From: Eledone cirrhosa
Taxonomy: Eukaryota
Length of the DNA: 64,000 nucleotides
NCBI GenBank assembly: GCA_964016885.1
Contig: CAXHJY010000614.1
Span: 1 to 64,000, forward strand
Reading direction: 5' to 3'
Shown here piece by piece: positions 53,928 through 64,000 of the stretch. A program made the translations under genes and the position numbers. The notes beneath the pieces are model-generated. The model was not told the origin of the DNA and did not search any database. It was given only the letters and a program-made list of their open reading frames with translations. Numbering within the stretch: the stretch's first letter is position 1; each line of letters starts with the position of its first letter.

Positions 53928-53963
<36 letters not shown>

Positions 53964-54029
53964 CAAGTGTATGCAGCTATAGTGTACAACAACAACAATG
54001 ATGAATACCAAAAAAGAAAAGAATTTCTT

Positions 54030-54142
54030 ACCTGGATCATCATGGTTTCTGATGCACTGTGTTGTGCTGTCACAAGTTGCCATTGTAAGTGCATCTGACA
54101 GTTATTACAAAATTAGAACAGCAAACGTCATCATCAGCAGGC
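54030..54142 (-). ncRNA. Type I hammerhead ribozyme (family D, long stem II), copy 1
   Basis: Minus strand: gcctg CTGATGA tga...~80 nt...tca GAAA cca-tga-tga TC caggt; one stem III mismatch. Confidence 0.7.
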
Positions 54143-54594
54143 ATTTGTTTAATTTATATTCTATTTTGATTCTGCCACTAAGATACTGCCAGGAAGTGCA
54201 GTATAATAGTAGTCCAACATTGTAGTATCACATGATCTTAAAAGAGAAAGGCAACTTGGCAACATCAATGCAGGAATTCTTGGTGTAAATAAAACAGATA
54301 TTCATTCAACCTTAAATTAAACTCTTTTTTCATAAATAAACTAATTTTTTAAAACTAGGAGGATAATATCATTTCAAGTATCACATCGAAGTTGAAGCTG
54401 CTATAAGTCAACACCAGCCAAATTATTTGAGGTAGTTCCTAAGCACTCAATACAAGGAAGGAATTAATTCTTCTATCAAAGTGAACACATTAAGTTATAT
54501 GAGGGCAACACCATGAATAATGTATAGATCATGTTATGCACCTATAGTATATAACAACAACAACTATGAATACTAAAAGGGCAAAGAATTTCTC

Positions 54595-54721
54595 ACCTGG
54601 ACCATCACAGTTTCTGATGTTGAACAATCTGATGTTGAACAATCACAAATTGCCAGTGAAAGTCATAAGTGCATCTAACAGATATATGCAGTTAGAACAG
54701 GAAGCATCTTCATCAGCAGGC
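54595..54721 (-). ncRNA. Type I hammerhead ribozyme (family D, long stem II), copy 2
   Basis: Minus strand: gcctg CTGATGA a gatg...catc a GAAA ctg-tga-tgg TC caggt; GUC cleavage triplet. Confidence 0.75.
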
Positions 54722-54739
54722 ATTCATTTGAATTAGTCT

Positions 54740-55998
54740 AGATGTGATGCCTTTGGATTTGTGTCAGGTAAAAGTACCACTAATGTTCTCTTCTTCAAGA
54801 GGCAACTGCAGGAGAAGTACCTAGCTAAAAGTTAGCCCCTCTACTTGGTATTTATTGACCAGGAGAAAGCAATTGACAGTCCCCCTTTCTGTAATTTGGT
54901 GGGCTCTTAGAAAACTAGGGGTAGATGAGTGGCTCGTGAGAGCAGTACAAGCTATGTACAGAGGAGTAGTCAGTAAAGTTAAAATTAATAATGACTATTG
55001 TGAGGAGTTTAGTATGCAAGTGGGAGTTTACCAGGGCTCTGTTCTTAGCCCTCTCTGGTTTATTATCATCCTTCAGGCTATAACAGTAGAGTTTAAAACA
55101 GGCTGCCAATGGGAACTCCTATATGATGATGATCTAGATATCATAGCTGAATCTATGGCAGAATTAGAGAATAAATTCCAGACATGGAAGCATAACTTGC
55201 AATCAAAAGGTCTTAAAGATTAAAGTCATAGAAAGTATAAAGGAAAACAGGGCTCTGATTCCTTTAGGGAAATGGCCTTGCTCAGTGTGTAGGAAAATAG
55301 TGAGTAGAAATTTATCCTTTGTCCCAAATGTAAACTATGAGTACTCAAAACATGTAGTGGGATCTCAAGCAGGCTAGCAAAGAATATTGGTTTTGTATGT
55401 GGTCGATGCACAGGAGCAGTAAGCAGCTAGTGTTCATAGGAAACAAGCTCTATTAAATTCTTAGAGAGTTCCATGGAAGTATTTGACAGCTTTTGTTACC
55501 AGAGTGGAGGGGGGGGGGTGTTCTAAAAGTACAGTAGCCAGAGTGAGGAACAGGATGGAGAAAGTTTAAGGAGCTAATACTGCTGCTAGCTATGAAAGGT
55601 TTTTCCCTCTAAATAATGGGCAGATTGTATGATGCATGTATACATACAGCAATGCTGCATGAAAAGAAGACCTGGATGCTGTGTGCAGAGGACCTATGAA
55701 CACTGGAAAGAAATGAAGCTTGCATACGCCAATGGATGTTTAATAGTAATGAACGACGAAGTGTAAATGAACTGAGAGAGAAAATGGTCATAAGTAGGAT
55801 CAGATGCAGTGTGCAGTCATTGGATATGATTCCATCCTGTATTACCCAATTGACTATGTGGGTTATTAGTTCAGCTCCCACTTCTGATGATTTCAGCATC
55901 TTGGCAACTATCTCTGACAGTCCTGCAGCTTTACCATTCTTCATCTCCTTGATTGCTTCTTTGACCTTATAACTGTCAATTTCAATAGCTGGTTCCTC
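54740..55998 (+). mobile_element. Decayed RTE LINE with an inverted RTE piece (~55816-55998)
   Basis: WWALRKLGVDEWLVRAVQAMY...QGSVLSP...LLYDDDL; minus-strand EAIKEMKNGKAAGLSEIVAKMLK. Confidence 0.88.
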
Positions 55999-56020
55999 AT
56001 ACTCACATGCGCATACACAT

Positions 56021-56093
<73 letters not shown>

Positions 56094-56116
56094 GTGCTTA
56101 TTGTTTCTGTTCACAG

Positions 56117-56315
56117 AATAACATTGGTTATCTCAGCAGTGATGAAACAGTGAGAATATTACTGGAAGAACAATTCCCATTAGAAGTTGAACAGATTCGA
56201 CGTCTTGTAGAGATGTGGAAAGATGAAAATAAGGGTGTCAACTACCATTTGTTAATGGATTCACTCAATTTGAAAAAAACATTGCCTTGTTTTCATATGT
56301 TGCCATTAGATAAAT
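56117..56315 (+). CDS. EFHB: EFHB homologue, EF-hand exon
   Basis: tcacag acceptor phase 0; with the previous exon gives the EF-loop DVNNIGYLSSDE; then ...KDENKGVNYHLLMDSLNLK; GTAAGT donor phase 1. Confidence 0.88.
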
Positions 56316-57422
56316 GTAAGTTGGTGTTACATTTTATTCTTGTTAGTGTTGTTAGTAATGAAGTTTTTACAACTGGTGCTATCTTTAGGACAACTAGATA
56401 GCCACCTAGAGAGCAGATCTTAGCAGAAACTTTTGTCTCTACACATATGATTGTGTGTTTGAGTGCATGTGTGAGTGTGCATGCATGTGTTCAGGTAACT
56501 ATGTTCTGACAGAGGTTTGACTGCTATTTTTAGCATGTTGAGTGACCTCATAGGCACTCCCAGGTGCTCTCTGGTGCATATGTAATGGATGGGCATACAT
56601 TTGTATGTGTGTGTATATAGTTAAATGAACTCACATACAAATGTGACCCTATGCACGACACATACCAGGGATCACTTGGGAGTTGTTATGTGGTCACTCA
56701 ACATGCTAGAAAACCTCTGAGAAAATACATCCAGCTGTTTAAAAACGATCATATTAGATCATATTACTGATGGGATAATCACACTTGGGCTGCCTTCAGT
56801 AATGCCTTTCATAAATGACCACCACTTTGAGTCTAAACAACAATAACTACAACACATACATACATGATGATAATGATGGCTGTAACTTGATTTTGAGTAA
56901 TGCCATCATTTGATATTTAAGCATGAGCATCAAGGTTGTGGCTTTTTAGTCTTGCTAGGGACTTTCCTGTAGCCAGCAATTCTAAGCATTGCAAAAAAAC
57001 ATCACATATTAAGCAATGCCTGTGCTTGAAGCTTTTATAAGTGAGGAAAGGCTTTGCACGAGGCCAATCCTACTCTCTGAACATTGAATGTATTTGCCCA
57101 AAAAGTAGAAATAGTCTTCATCATTGGATGCAAACAAAATTGCAGGTTTTATATAAGAGTGACCTTTTCCTAGAGAGATGTTTTAATGAAGACTAGGAGT
57201 CTCTCACTCTACTAAAAAAAAAAATTACTTACATACATACATATCCAGGGCTGGCACTACCATTAAGGTCAACTTAGGGTGCTGACATCAGAGGGCTGCA
57301 TTATTGAACCTTAAAAGATCACAGTTTTAATTAACTTACATACATATAATAATTTCCTGCAATCTATATATAAATCAATAAACATCTTTGCTGTGTATAT
57401 TTCATTTTGGAGAATATGGTAC

Positions 57423-58190
57423 ATCATCATCATCATCGTCACCGTTTTACGTCCGTTCTTCCACGCTAGCATGGGTTAGACGGGTTGTCCTGTTGTGGGC
57501 AGTGTCCAGTCAGCTAACCTTGTCTTGCTCATACAGGAACTGATCTGGCTTGATTTCTACAGCTGGATGCCATTCCTAACACCAACCTCATTTACAGTGA
57601 GTGCTGGGTGCTTTTTTGCGTGGCGCCTACACATCTACTTTACAGTGTGGGCTGGGTGCTTTTTTGCCGTGGCACCTCCACGATCACTTTGCAGTGGGAG
57701 GGTGTGGGCGCATATTGTCTATATGCTTCAGCTTCGGCTTGTACCCATAGGGGGGGGGGGGTCTTCTGTATTACTGCGTGACGCCAGAGGTCATGGTCGT
57801 GTGTCATCGCCTTTGAGAGGTGTAATTGGGTAAAGTTGGCTTTTATCACCTCATCCCAGGTCTTCTTGGGTCTCCCCACTATGCGGTTTCCATCGACTTC
57901 TAGTGCTCTGCACCTTTTTATGCAGCTGTTATCCTTCATACACATCACATGTCCATACCAACGCAACTGGCTCTCCTGCACACAGCATTTGATTCCTCTT
58001 ATGCTCAGTCTCTCTCTCAATTCATTTATGCTTTGCCATTCACGTATATTACTATTACACATCCATCGGAGCATGCAGGCTTCGTTTCTTTCTAATCTAG
58101 TCAGTGCCCAGGTCTCACTACCATGTAACATTGCTGTTCGTATACACGCATCATACAGTCTGCCTTTCATTTTGAGGGAAAAGCCTTTTG
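57423..58190 (-). mobile_element. 5'-truncated RTE copy
   Basis: ORF 57640-58170 MKGRLYDACIRTAMLHGSETW...GRPKKTWDEV; shared 3' UTR. Confidence 0.92.
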
Positions 58191-58803
58191 TTTTTATTAA
58201 TTAATTGAAATGGAGTGTATATCATTAGAAATACAGTAATGAAATGAAAGGGTTAAGGTGATGATGATGGTGGTAATGATGGTACTGCTGCTGATAGTGA
58301 TTATGAAGGTATTGATGATAGTAATAATGGTGATGTTGATGATGATGATGATGGGATTGGTGATAATGATGCTACTCCTGATGATGATGGTTATTAAAAT
58401 GATGAGGATCATGATGATAGTAAAAATGGTGATGGTGATAATAAGCAACTAAAACCAACTGACAATCACACATACATACACAAACACACACACACACAAA
58501 CACTATATATATATATATAAGAAACGAAGCAGACTGTGTGGTTCCTGTAAACAAAGTGTAAGATGATAATATGGACATAAACAAGAGAAGAAACCCTTCA
58601 TTAGCTGTTAACTGCGATCATAGATGTTTCGGTGCTTAAAACAGGACATCAAAATCGATCAGCAGCGCGCCCAAGGCCTTTATCAATCAAAAGGCAATGA
58701 GGGATATATATATATATATAACAAAGAGGGTGTCGTAAGATACCAGGTAAGACCATAACGCACCAGAATACCCAATACTTAGTACCCTATTACCCAGTGG
58801 GTA

Positions 58804-58925
58804 ATAGGAAAAGAGTCAGGACCCCGATGGCTGAGCTCTGGCCGTTTCAACAGCTAGATCTGAACTTGGATCTAGTTGTCGAAACGGCCGGAGCTTAGCC
58901 GTCAGGGTCCTGACTCTTTTCCTAT
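58804..58925. repeat. ~57-bp-arm imperfect palindrome next to a (TA)n tract
   Basis: ataggaaaagagtcaggacc...ggccgtttcaacagctagatc / gatctagttgtcgaaacggcc...ggtcctgactcttttcctat. Confidence 0.9.
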
Positions 58926-59144
58926 ATATATATATAAATCAGAATAGATGCAGTAAAAGCCTGTTAGACCATTACTCACCAGAGTACTCAATACTTGGTA
59001 TAGTAGGTGGGTAATATGAAGGATTTGGGACTAACTATTGAAACGGCAGTAGCTCAGACTTCCTATAAATATATGTATATATGTATGTATGTAAAAGGTA
59101 AACAGAAATAACAACACAATCGGTACAGTATATGGAAGGTAGAT

Positions 59145-59531
59145 GGAGGCACATGGCTTAGTGGTTAGAGCATTGGCCTTGCAATCGAAAGGTTGTGAGT
59201 TCAATTCTCAAACAGGGTTGTGTGTTGTTTCCTTGAGCAAGACACTTTATTTCACATTGCTCCAATTTACTCAGCTGTAGAAATGAGATGATAGGACTGG
59301 GGTCCCTATCATTCCACTGCAAAATGGTTGTGGAGGTGCCACGGCAAAAAAGCACTCAGCCCACACTGTAAAGTGGATGTGTAGGCGCCACGGAATAAAA
59401 GCACCCAGCACTCACTGTAAATGAGGTTGGTGTTAGGAAGGGCATCCAGCTGTAGAAATCAAGCAGAATCAGTTCCCGTCCCACCCTTGCAAGCAGGGAA
59501 AAGCGGACGTAAAATGATGATGATGATGATA
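59145..59531 (+). mobile_element. Full-length tRNA-derived CORE-type SINE with RTE tail
   Basis: Same structure as 15673-15990; ends in (GAT)n. Confidence 0.88.
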
Positions 59532-59544
59532 TATATATATAACC

Positions 59545-59900
59545 TTAATACTGTATATAATACTCATGGTAACCCAAAAGCTAACCATAACTGCAATTAT
59601 AGACAACCACAAAGTTGACCCCTTAAAGGTAATTGTCTCTTATCTAACATAGTATATCAATGCACTGTTTCTATACTTAATGGAACTATAGCTTACATTG
59701 GTGCAACATCAAATAGTTTTAAATCATGGTACTCCTCCAGCCATCACTCTTACCGGAATGTAAAACTGAAGAATTCAATCTCACTCACCAGTTATGAATG
59801 AGATTAAAAAAATATATCTTATATATTAGACTTTTTGTTGCTTAAATTATGTTGCATAATACTAAACATTTATGCTTTTTGCTGCCTTGCTTATAAATCT
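59545..59900 (+). pseudogene. Decayed Naiad-like PLE GIY-YIG fragment
   Basis: NCNYRQPQS*PLKGNCLLSNIVYQCTV...AYIGATSNSFKSWY aligns with the 51830-52040 frame. Confidence 0.8.
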
Positions 59901-60598
59901 ATCTCTCATATTTCACCTTTAAAAAAAATTCTTTTCACTTTAAGTCTGTTATTTGCTGATAATTGCCTGCTTACCTGGTATCTTGGGACATGCATTCCTC
60001 AAATCTACTATTTGTTTCTTTAAGAGATTTGTGAAATGAGATTACAATGTTTGTTGATTTAATTAATTTATTAATTAATCAGCAAATTATTATTGATATT
60101 TACAATTACATTTCGTTAAATTGAAATGGGCTTAGAAATTGATAAAATGATTTAAATGATAATCTTTGGTTTTTACCTAAATCAAATTATTATGCTCTGT
60201 ATTTTTCTGTAAGTGATTAACATTTTGAGCTTTCACACACTTAGTAACGAATGAGTGTTATACCCCCCGCCCATATATATATATATATATATATATAAAC
60301 CCATGCTAGCGTGGAAGAACGGACGTAAAACGGTGATGATGATGATGATGATAAACACACGCACCTGTTGGTTTTCACTTCAATTTATTATAAATTTCCG
60401 GTTGGTTGGATAACCGAATGGTTGTTTATATATTGTCAAAGCTCTTTTGTCACACATTCTGTGACCTCAGTGACTGGGGTTTTATTTTGTCTCTCTTTTG
60501 TTCTGTCCTACACCATCTTCAAAAGGAAGTGTATAGATATATATAAACTATAGTGACACCATTTACCATTTCCAGTTCCCAATTTGTTCAATCTGTAG

Positions 60599-60727
60599 GC
60601 ACCCACTTTGATAAGAAGGAAGAGGAGAGATTAAGGAGTAAGATGAAGGATGATAAGATCCAAGCTCACTTCCAGAAGAGCAGCAGTATGGTTAATTCTA
60701 ATGTTGATACCAACAATATGACCAAAA
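60599..60727 (+). CDS. EFHB: EFHB homologue, coding exon (acceptor at 60554 is an in-phase alternative)
   Basis: DDKIQAHFQKSSSMVNSNVD resembles EFHB SDKVSNYYKTTSSEINAIVG; phase 1 in and out; GTAAGA donor. Confidence 0.78.
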
Positions 60728-60919
60728 GTAAGACCTTATCCTGAATTTTTTATCTCTATAATGTTTAACAACCAAGACTTTGTTTGGTGTGTATGTGTAT
60801 GTGACTATGTATGTCTAAATATATGTGTATGTATATATATATAGAAATATATTGTAATGTCATCCTCTTTTGTTAAAAAATATTTCATGTGAATGCATAT
60901 ATATATATATATATGAGCG

Positions 60920-61700
60920 CGACATGGTCCCCTGACCTAGCATTGTGCACAACAGGACAACCCATCTAACCCATGCTAGCCTGGAAAATGGATGTAAACA
61001 TCCAGCCCACACTGTAAAGTGGTCATGTAGGTGTCACAACAAAAAGCACTCAGCCCACACTGTAAAGTGGTTGTGTAAAAGATATGGCAAAAAGCATCCA
61101 GCACACACTGTAAATGTGGTTGGTGCTAAGAAGGGCATCCAGCCATAGAAAATCAGCCAGAAACAGTCCTATATGAGCAAGACACAGTCACCTGACCCAA
61201 CTTGCCTCTAAATGGGACAAACTCGTTTAACCCATGCTCGTGTAGAAGATGGACGTTAAATGATGATGATGATGATATATAATCATCATCATTACCATTT
61301 AATGTCCATTTTTCCATGCTAGCATGGGTTAGACGAGTTGTTCTGTTGTGAGACAAGTCAGATCAGGTGACCGTAGCTTGCTCATACAGAACTGTTTTGG
61401 CTTGGTTTCTATGGCTGGATGCCTTTCCTTATGTCAATGACATTTACAGTGTGGTATCAAATATATTGTGGTACCAACTGACAGGTTAGACTGGGTACTT
61501 TTTCATCATGTCAACATCATGACCACTTTACAGAATGGACTGGATTTTGTCTTGTCATCAACATCACAGGGTCAACTGGTGCTTATTTGTTGTTTCACCA
61601 GCATGACCACTTTTCAGGGTGGATTGGGAGCTTTTAGCCATTTCAGTAGCATTGTAGAAGTGCATGTCCAGCTTGTATGCATGGTTTGGACAAGAGAGGT
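60920..61700. mobile_element. Tail-to-tail RTE 3' UTR fragments
   Basis: A + copy ending in (GAT)n at ~61275 faces a - copy starting with (ATC)n at ~61282. Confidence 0.8.
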
Positions 61701-61969
61701 GTATCAGATGTGGAAGGTGGGAGGTTGGGTCAGGGTGTGATGCATGTATGCAGGTTGGGGATTGGAGAGGTAGGTCTAATGTGGAGCACTTAGCTGGGGA
61801 AGAGGGGGAGTGTTAAAATGTGAGAGGTGTATGGCAGTGAGGAGGAGACATGGTGCATACTAGTGTCCTCTAGATGTTTACTTTACTTCATCCTGTGCAC
61901 ATTGCAATTGGGGGGGGGGGGGGGCTTTTGCATTATCTCTTCCCATCATCTTTTACCTTTACCTTGTAG

Positions 61970-62151
61970 ATTGGCGGAAATATGGAGTTCCGAACTTTCG
62001 TATGAACTTGACCCCTCCAAAGGTTCAATCCTTTAGTGATAATACAAACTATGGGGACCAGGGTGATGTTTACACTCTAGTAAGACCAACCATTTATAGC
62101 GAATATGGTGTGTCTGATACGGAGCTGAAGAAGCCCAGGACCTTAGAAGAA
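61970..62151 (+). CDS. EFHB: EFHB homologue, coding exon
   Basis: ttgtag acceptor; WRKYGVPNFRMNLTPPKVQSFSDNTNYGDQGDVYTLVRPTIYSEYGV matches EFHB GVPTIRSDIPAPRIRRISDRTNYGEEGSAYSLLYPTIF; GTAAGT donor phase 0. Confidence 0.93.
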
Positions 62152-62799
62152 GTAAGTGTCTGATATAGGAGAAATATCTTATTTTATTTGCTTTATGTCC
62201 TGTGTGGAAATTCTGATCTGCTATGCTAGGTTTGTCAAGTTTGAAGGAACAAATACCGATCAAGTACTGGGGTCACTATTAAAGGACTCAATATGAAGAA
62301 AGAAGAATTGTTAACTTTATTTTTAAGTGTTGTTACAGAAGCACTTGTGCTTTGAATATAAACTAGTAATTTCTTATTTTATTATGGAGTGGCGTGTTAT
62401 TTTGGGGTGTTTATATGCATTATCTAATATAATTTATAGACACGTACACATATATATAGTATCTTCTGATGAAGGACTAACATCTGGAATGTTAAGACTC
62501 TTTTTTTTTTTTACTATATCAAGTGCTTTAGATGATATTAGCTTTATGACACCTTGAACTTCCTTTAAGCATGGTTCAAGAGACAACTGTAGGATTTCTG
62601 GTCTTTGAGGAATGGAATCAATTACAATACTAATGGTGACAGAGTTGGAGTTAAGAACATCAGGAAAGAATATAATTCTTATTAGTCAGAAGACACTGAT
62701 GCACTTCGAGATAGATGAGTTGGTTATTTGCTTCTTTTGAGCCATACAACAGGAAGTTTTACTAAGCAAAATAGCATGCTCTGAAAGATAAGGGGTGCT

Positions 62800-63450
62800 G
62801 TAGAAGGAACAGGTGATATTAAAGTCCTTCATACCATGCTGCTTTGTGTTTATATAATCAATCAAATCCTTTGATCTCAGATGAATCTAAGTTGGTTTGT
62901 GGTTCTTTGTCTATTGGTAGAAAGTGGGGTGATTGCAAGATCAAATTCTCCACAATGGGAAAGGAAAGAAGATGTAGACCATTTGAGTTCACATGCTCCG
63001 TTTCATGTGGACTGAGAATGCCAGGCCATATTTGATGGCCATCACCCACTTGAGTATTGAAATCTCCCATTAAAACAAGTTTGACCTTGTCTTGGATCTT
63101 TGAGATGACTGTAATAAGTTGTTCATAAAATTCATCTTTCTTTCACTCTGGAGCAGACATGCAATGTAACAACTGATATTTTTTCCCAAGTCAAGTCAAG
63201 AGTGAGAATCATGATTTGGTTAGTGACTCCAGAAGGAAGAGAACACAGTAAATATTTGATGGCAATGCCAACACTTGATATGCATGAAGCTTCTTCATTT
63301 CTACTGATAAAAAACAAAGTGTACCCTTCACCAACCTCTTCCAGCTGAGAAGTACCTGCAAATGAATTTCACCTACGGCAGAAATGTCAATGTTATATTT
63401 ATGCAGAACGTGAGATATTGCCATTTTCTGTTCTGGGACATTCCACAAAC
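62800..63450 (-). mobile_element. Decayed RTE-type LINE endonuclease region
   Basis: LHKYNIDISAVGEIHL...MGDFNTQVG...VNSNGLHLLSF. Confidence 0.82.
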
Positions 63451-64000
63451 CTATGTTTACATTTTTGTTTCATTTTATACTATGGTACTGGATAACCAGA
63501 TAGATTCAATTGGCAACCAAGTTAAGGATATGGGCAAGCAATGTTTATGATTCCTTTTATCACCCCTCCATGGTATATGGAAAGCAGTGCTATATCTAAA
63601 TAGATCTGCTTTCACATTATTGGAGGATGCAGACAGCAGAATTGCGAAGGTTTTGGGCATGAGTGTCCATTACTGAATGGCCACCTTTGTGTAGAGCTCC
63701 AACTAGAGACAACCAGTAATACCTTTTACTTGCCCCTAACATCTCAACTCTCTTGCCAGTGGACATGCTTGTTTGGCTTTTCATGAAATAGTGAAAAGTG
63801 GTGGAATTGCAGAAGTAATATCATAGCTGTTAGATTACTTACAAGGATGATTTGTTTTCAGTGGTGAAGGTGTGGGTAAGACCAACTGCATTTTTTGGGG
63901 AAATGCTGAAAGCAGAAAGTTAGAGGCAAATGTTTGCCACAAATGCAATGAGCAACATACCAAAGGGTTTTTTTTAAATGACAGTTCTGTCTTCTAGGCT

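Larger units (their letters stand above)
49996..53930 (+). mobile_element. Penelope-like element (Naiad-like), 5'-truncated, with an inverted copy of its 3' end at the 5' side
   Basis: 49996-50555 is the reverse complement of 53321-53832; RT plus GIY-YIG lie between; both repeats carry a hammerhead; flanked by (TA)n. Confidence 0.92.

Noticed and set aside
58197-58452. Met/Ile-rich ORFs
   Set aside because: Degenerate (GAT)n trinucleotide repeat.
62461-62500. Hammerhead (tctt CTGATGA agga...tct GGAA tgtt aaga)
   Set aside because: GAAA is mutated and stem III is not formed; at best a dead relic.

Overview
This is AT-rich, repeat-dense animal genomic DNA. The SINE/LINE complement is consistent with an octopod cephalopod (inference). 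Most long ORFs in the track are artefacts of (TA)n/(CA)n microsatellites. One host gene is well supported: a + strand, intron-rich, divergent EFHB/CFAP21 homologue with six phase-compatible coding exons from 40812 to 62151. Its last exon is not seen, and a possible first exon lies at 18666 behind an RFX X-box-like motif. The rest is mobile DNA: RTE, CR1 and L1/Tx1 LINE fragments, tRNA-derived CORE- and Meta-type SINEs, a Gypsy remnant, mariner/pogo/piggyBac/MULE MITEs, a non-autonomous Helitron and Penelope-like elements (PLEs) of two clades. Three observations stand out. (i) There are at least nine type I hammerhead ribozyme (HHR) motifs from several sequence families, including a tandem pair 565 nt apart with retrozyme-like layout and ~200-bp ribozyme mini-elements inside (TA)n tracts. 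(ii) Several fold-back palindromes pivot on an HHR-like stem II. (iii) An RTE family carries a C4HC3 PHD finger inside its reverse transcriptase. All structures were read by eye; no database searches or folding programs were run.
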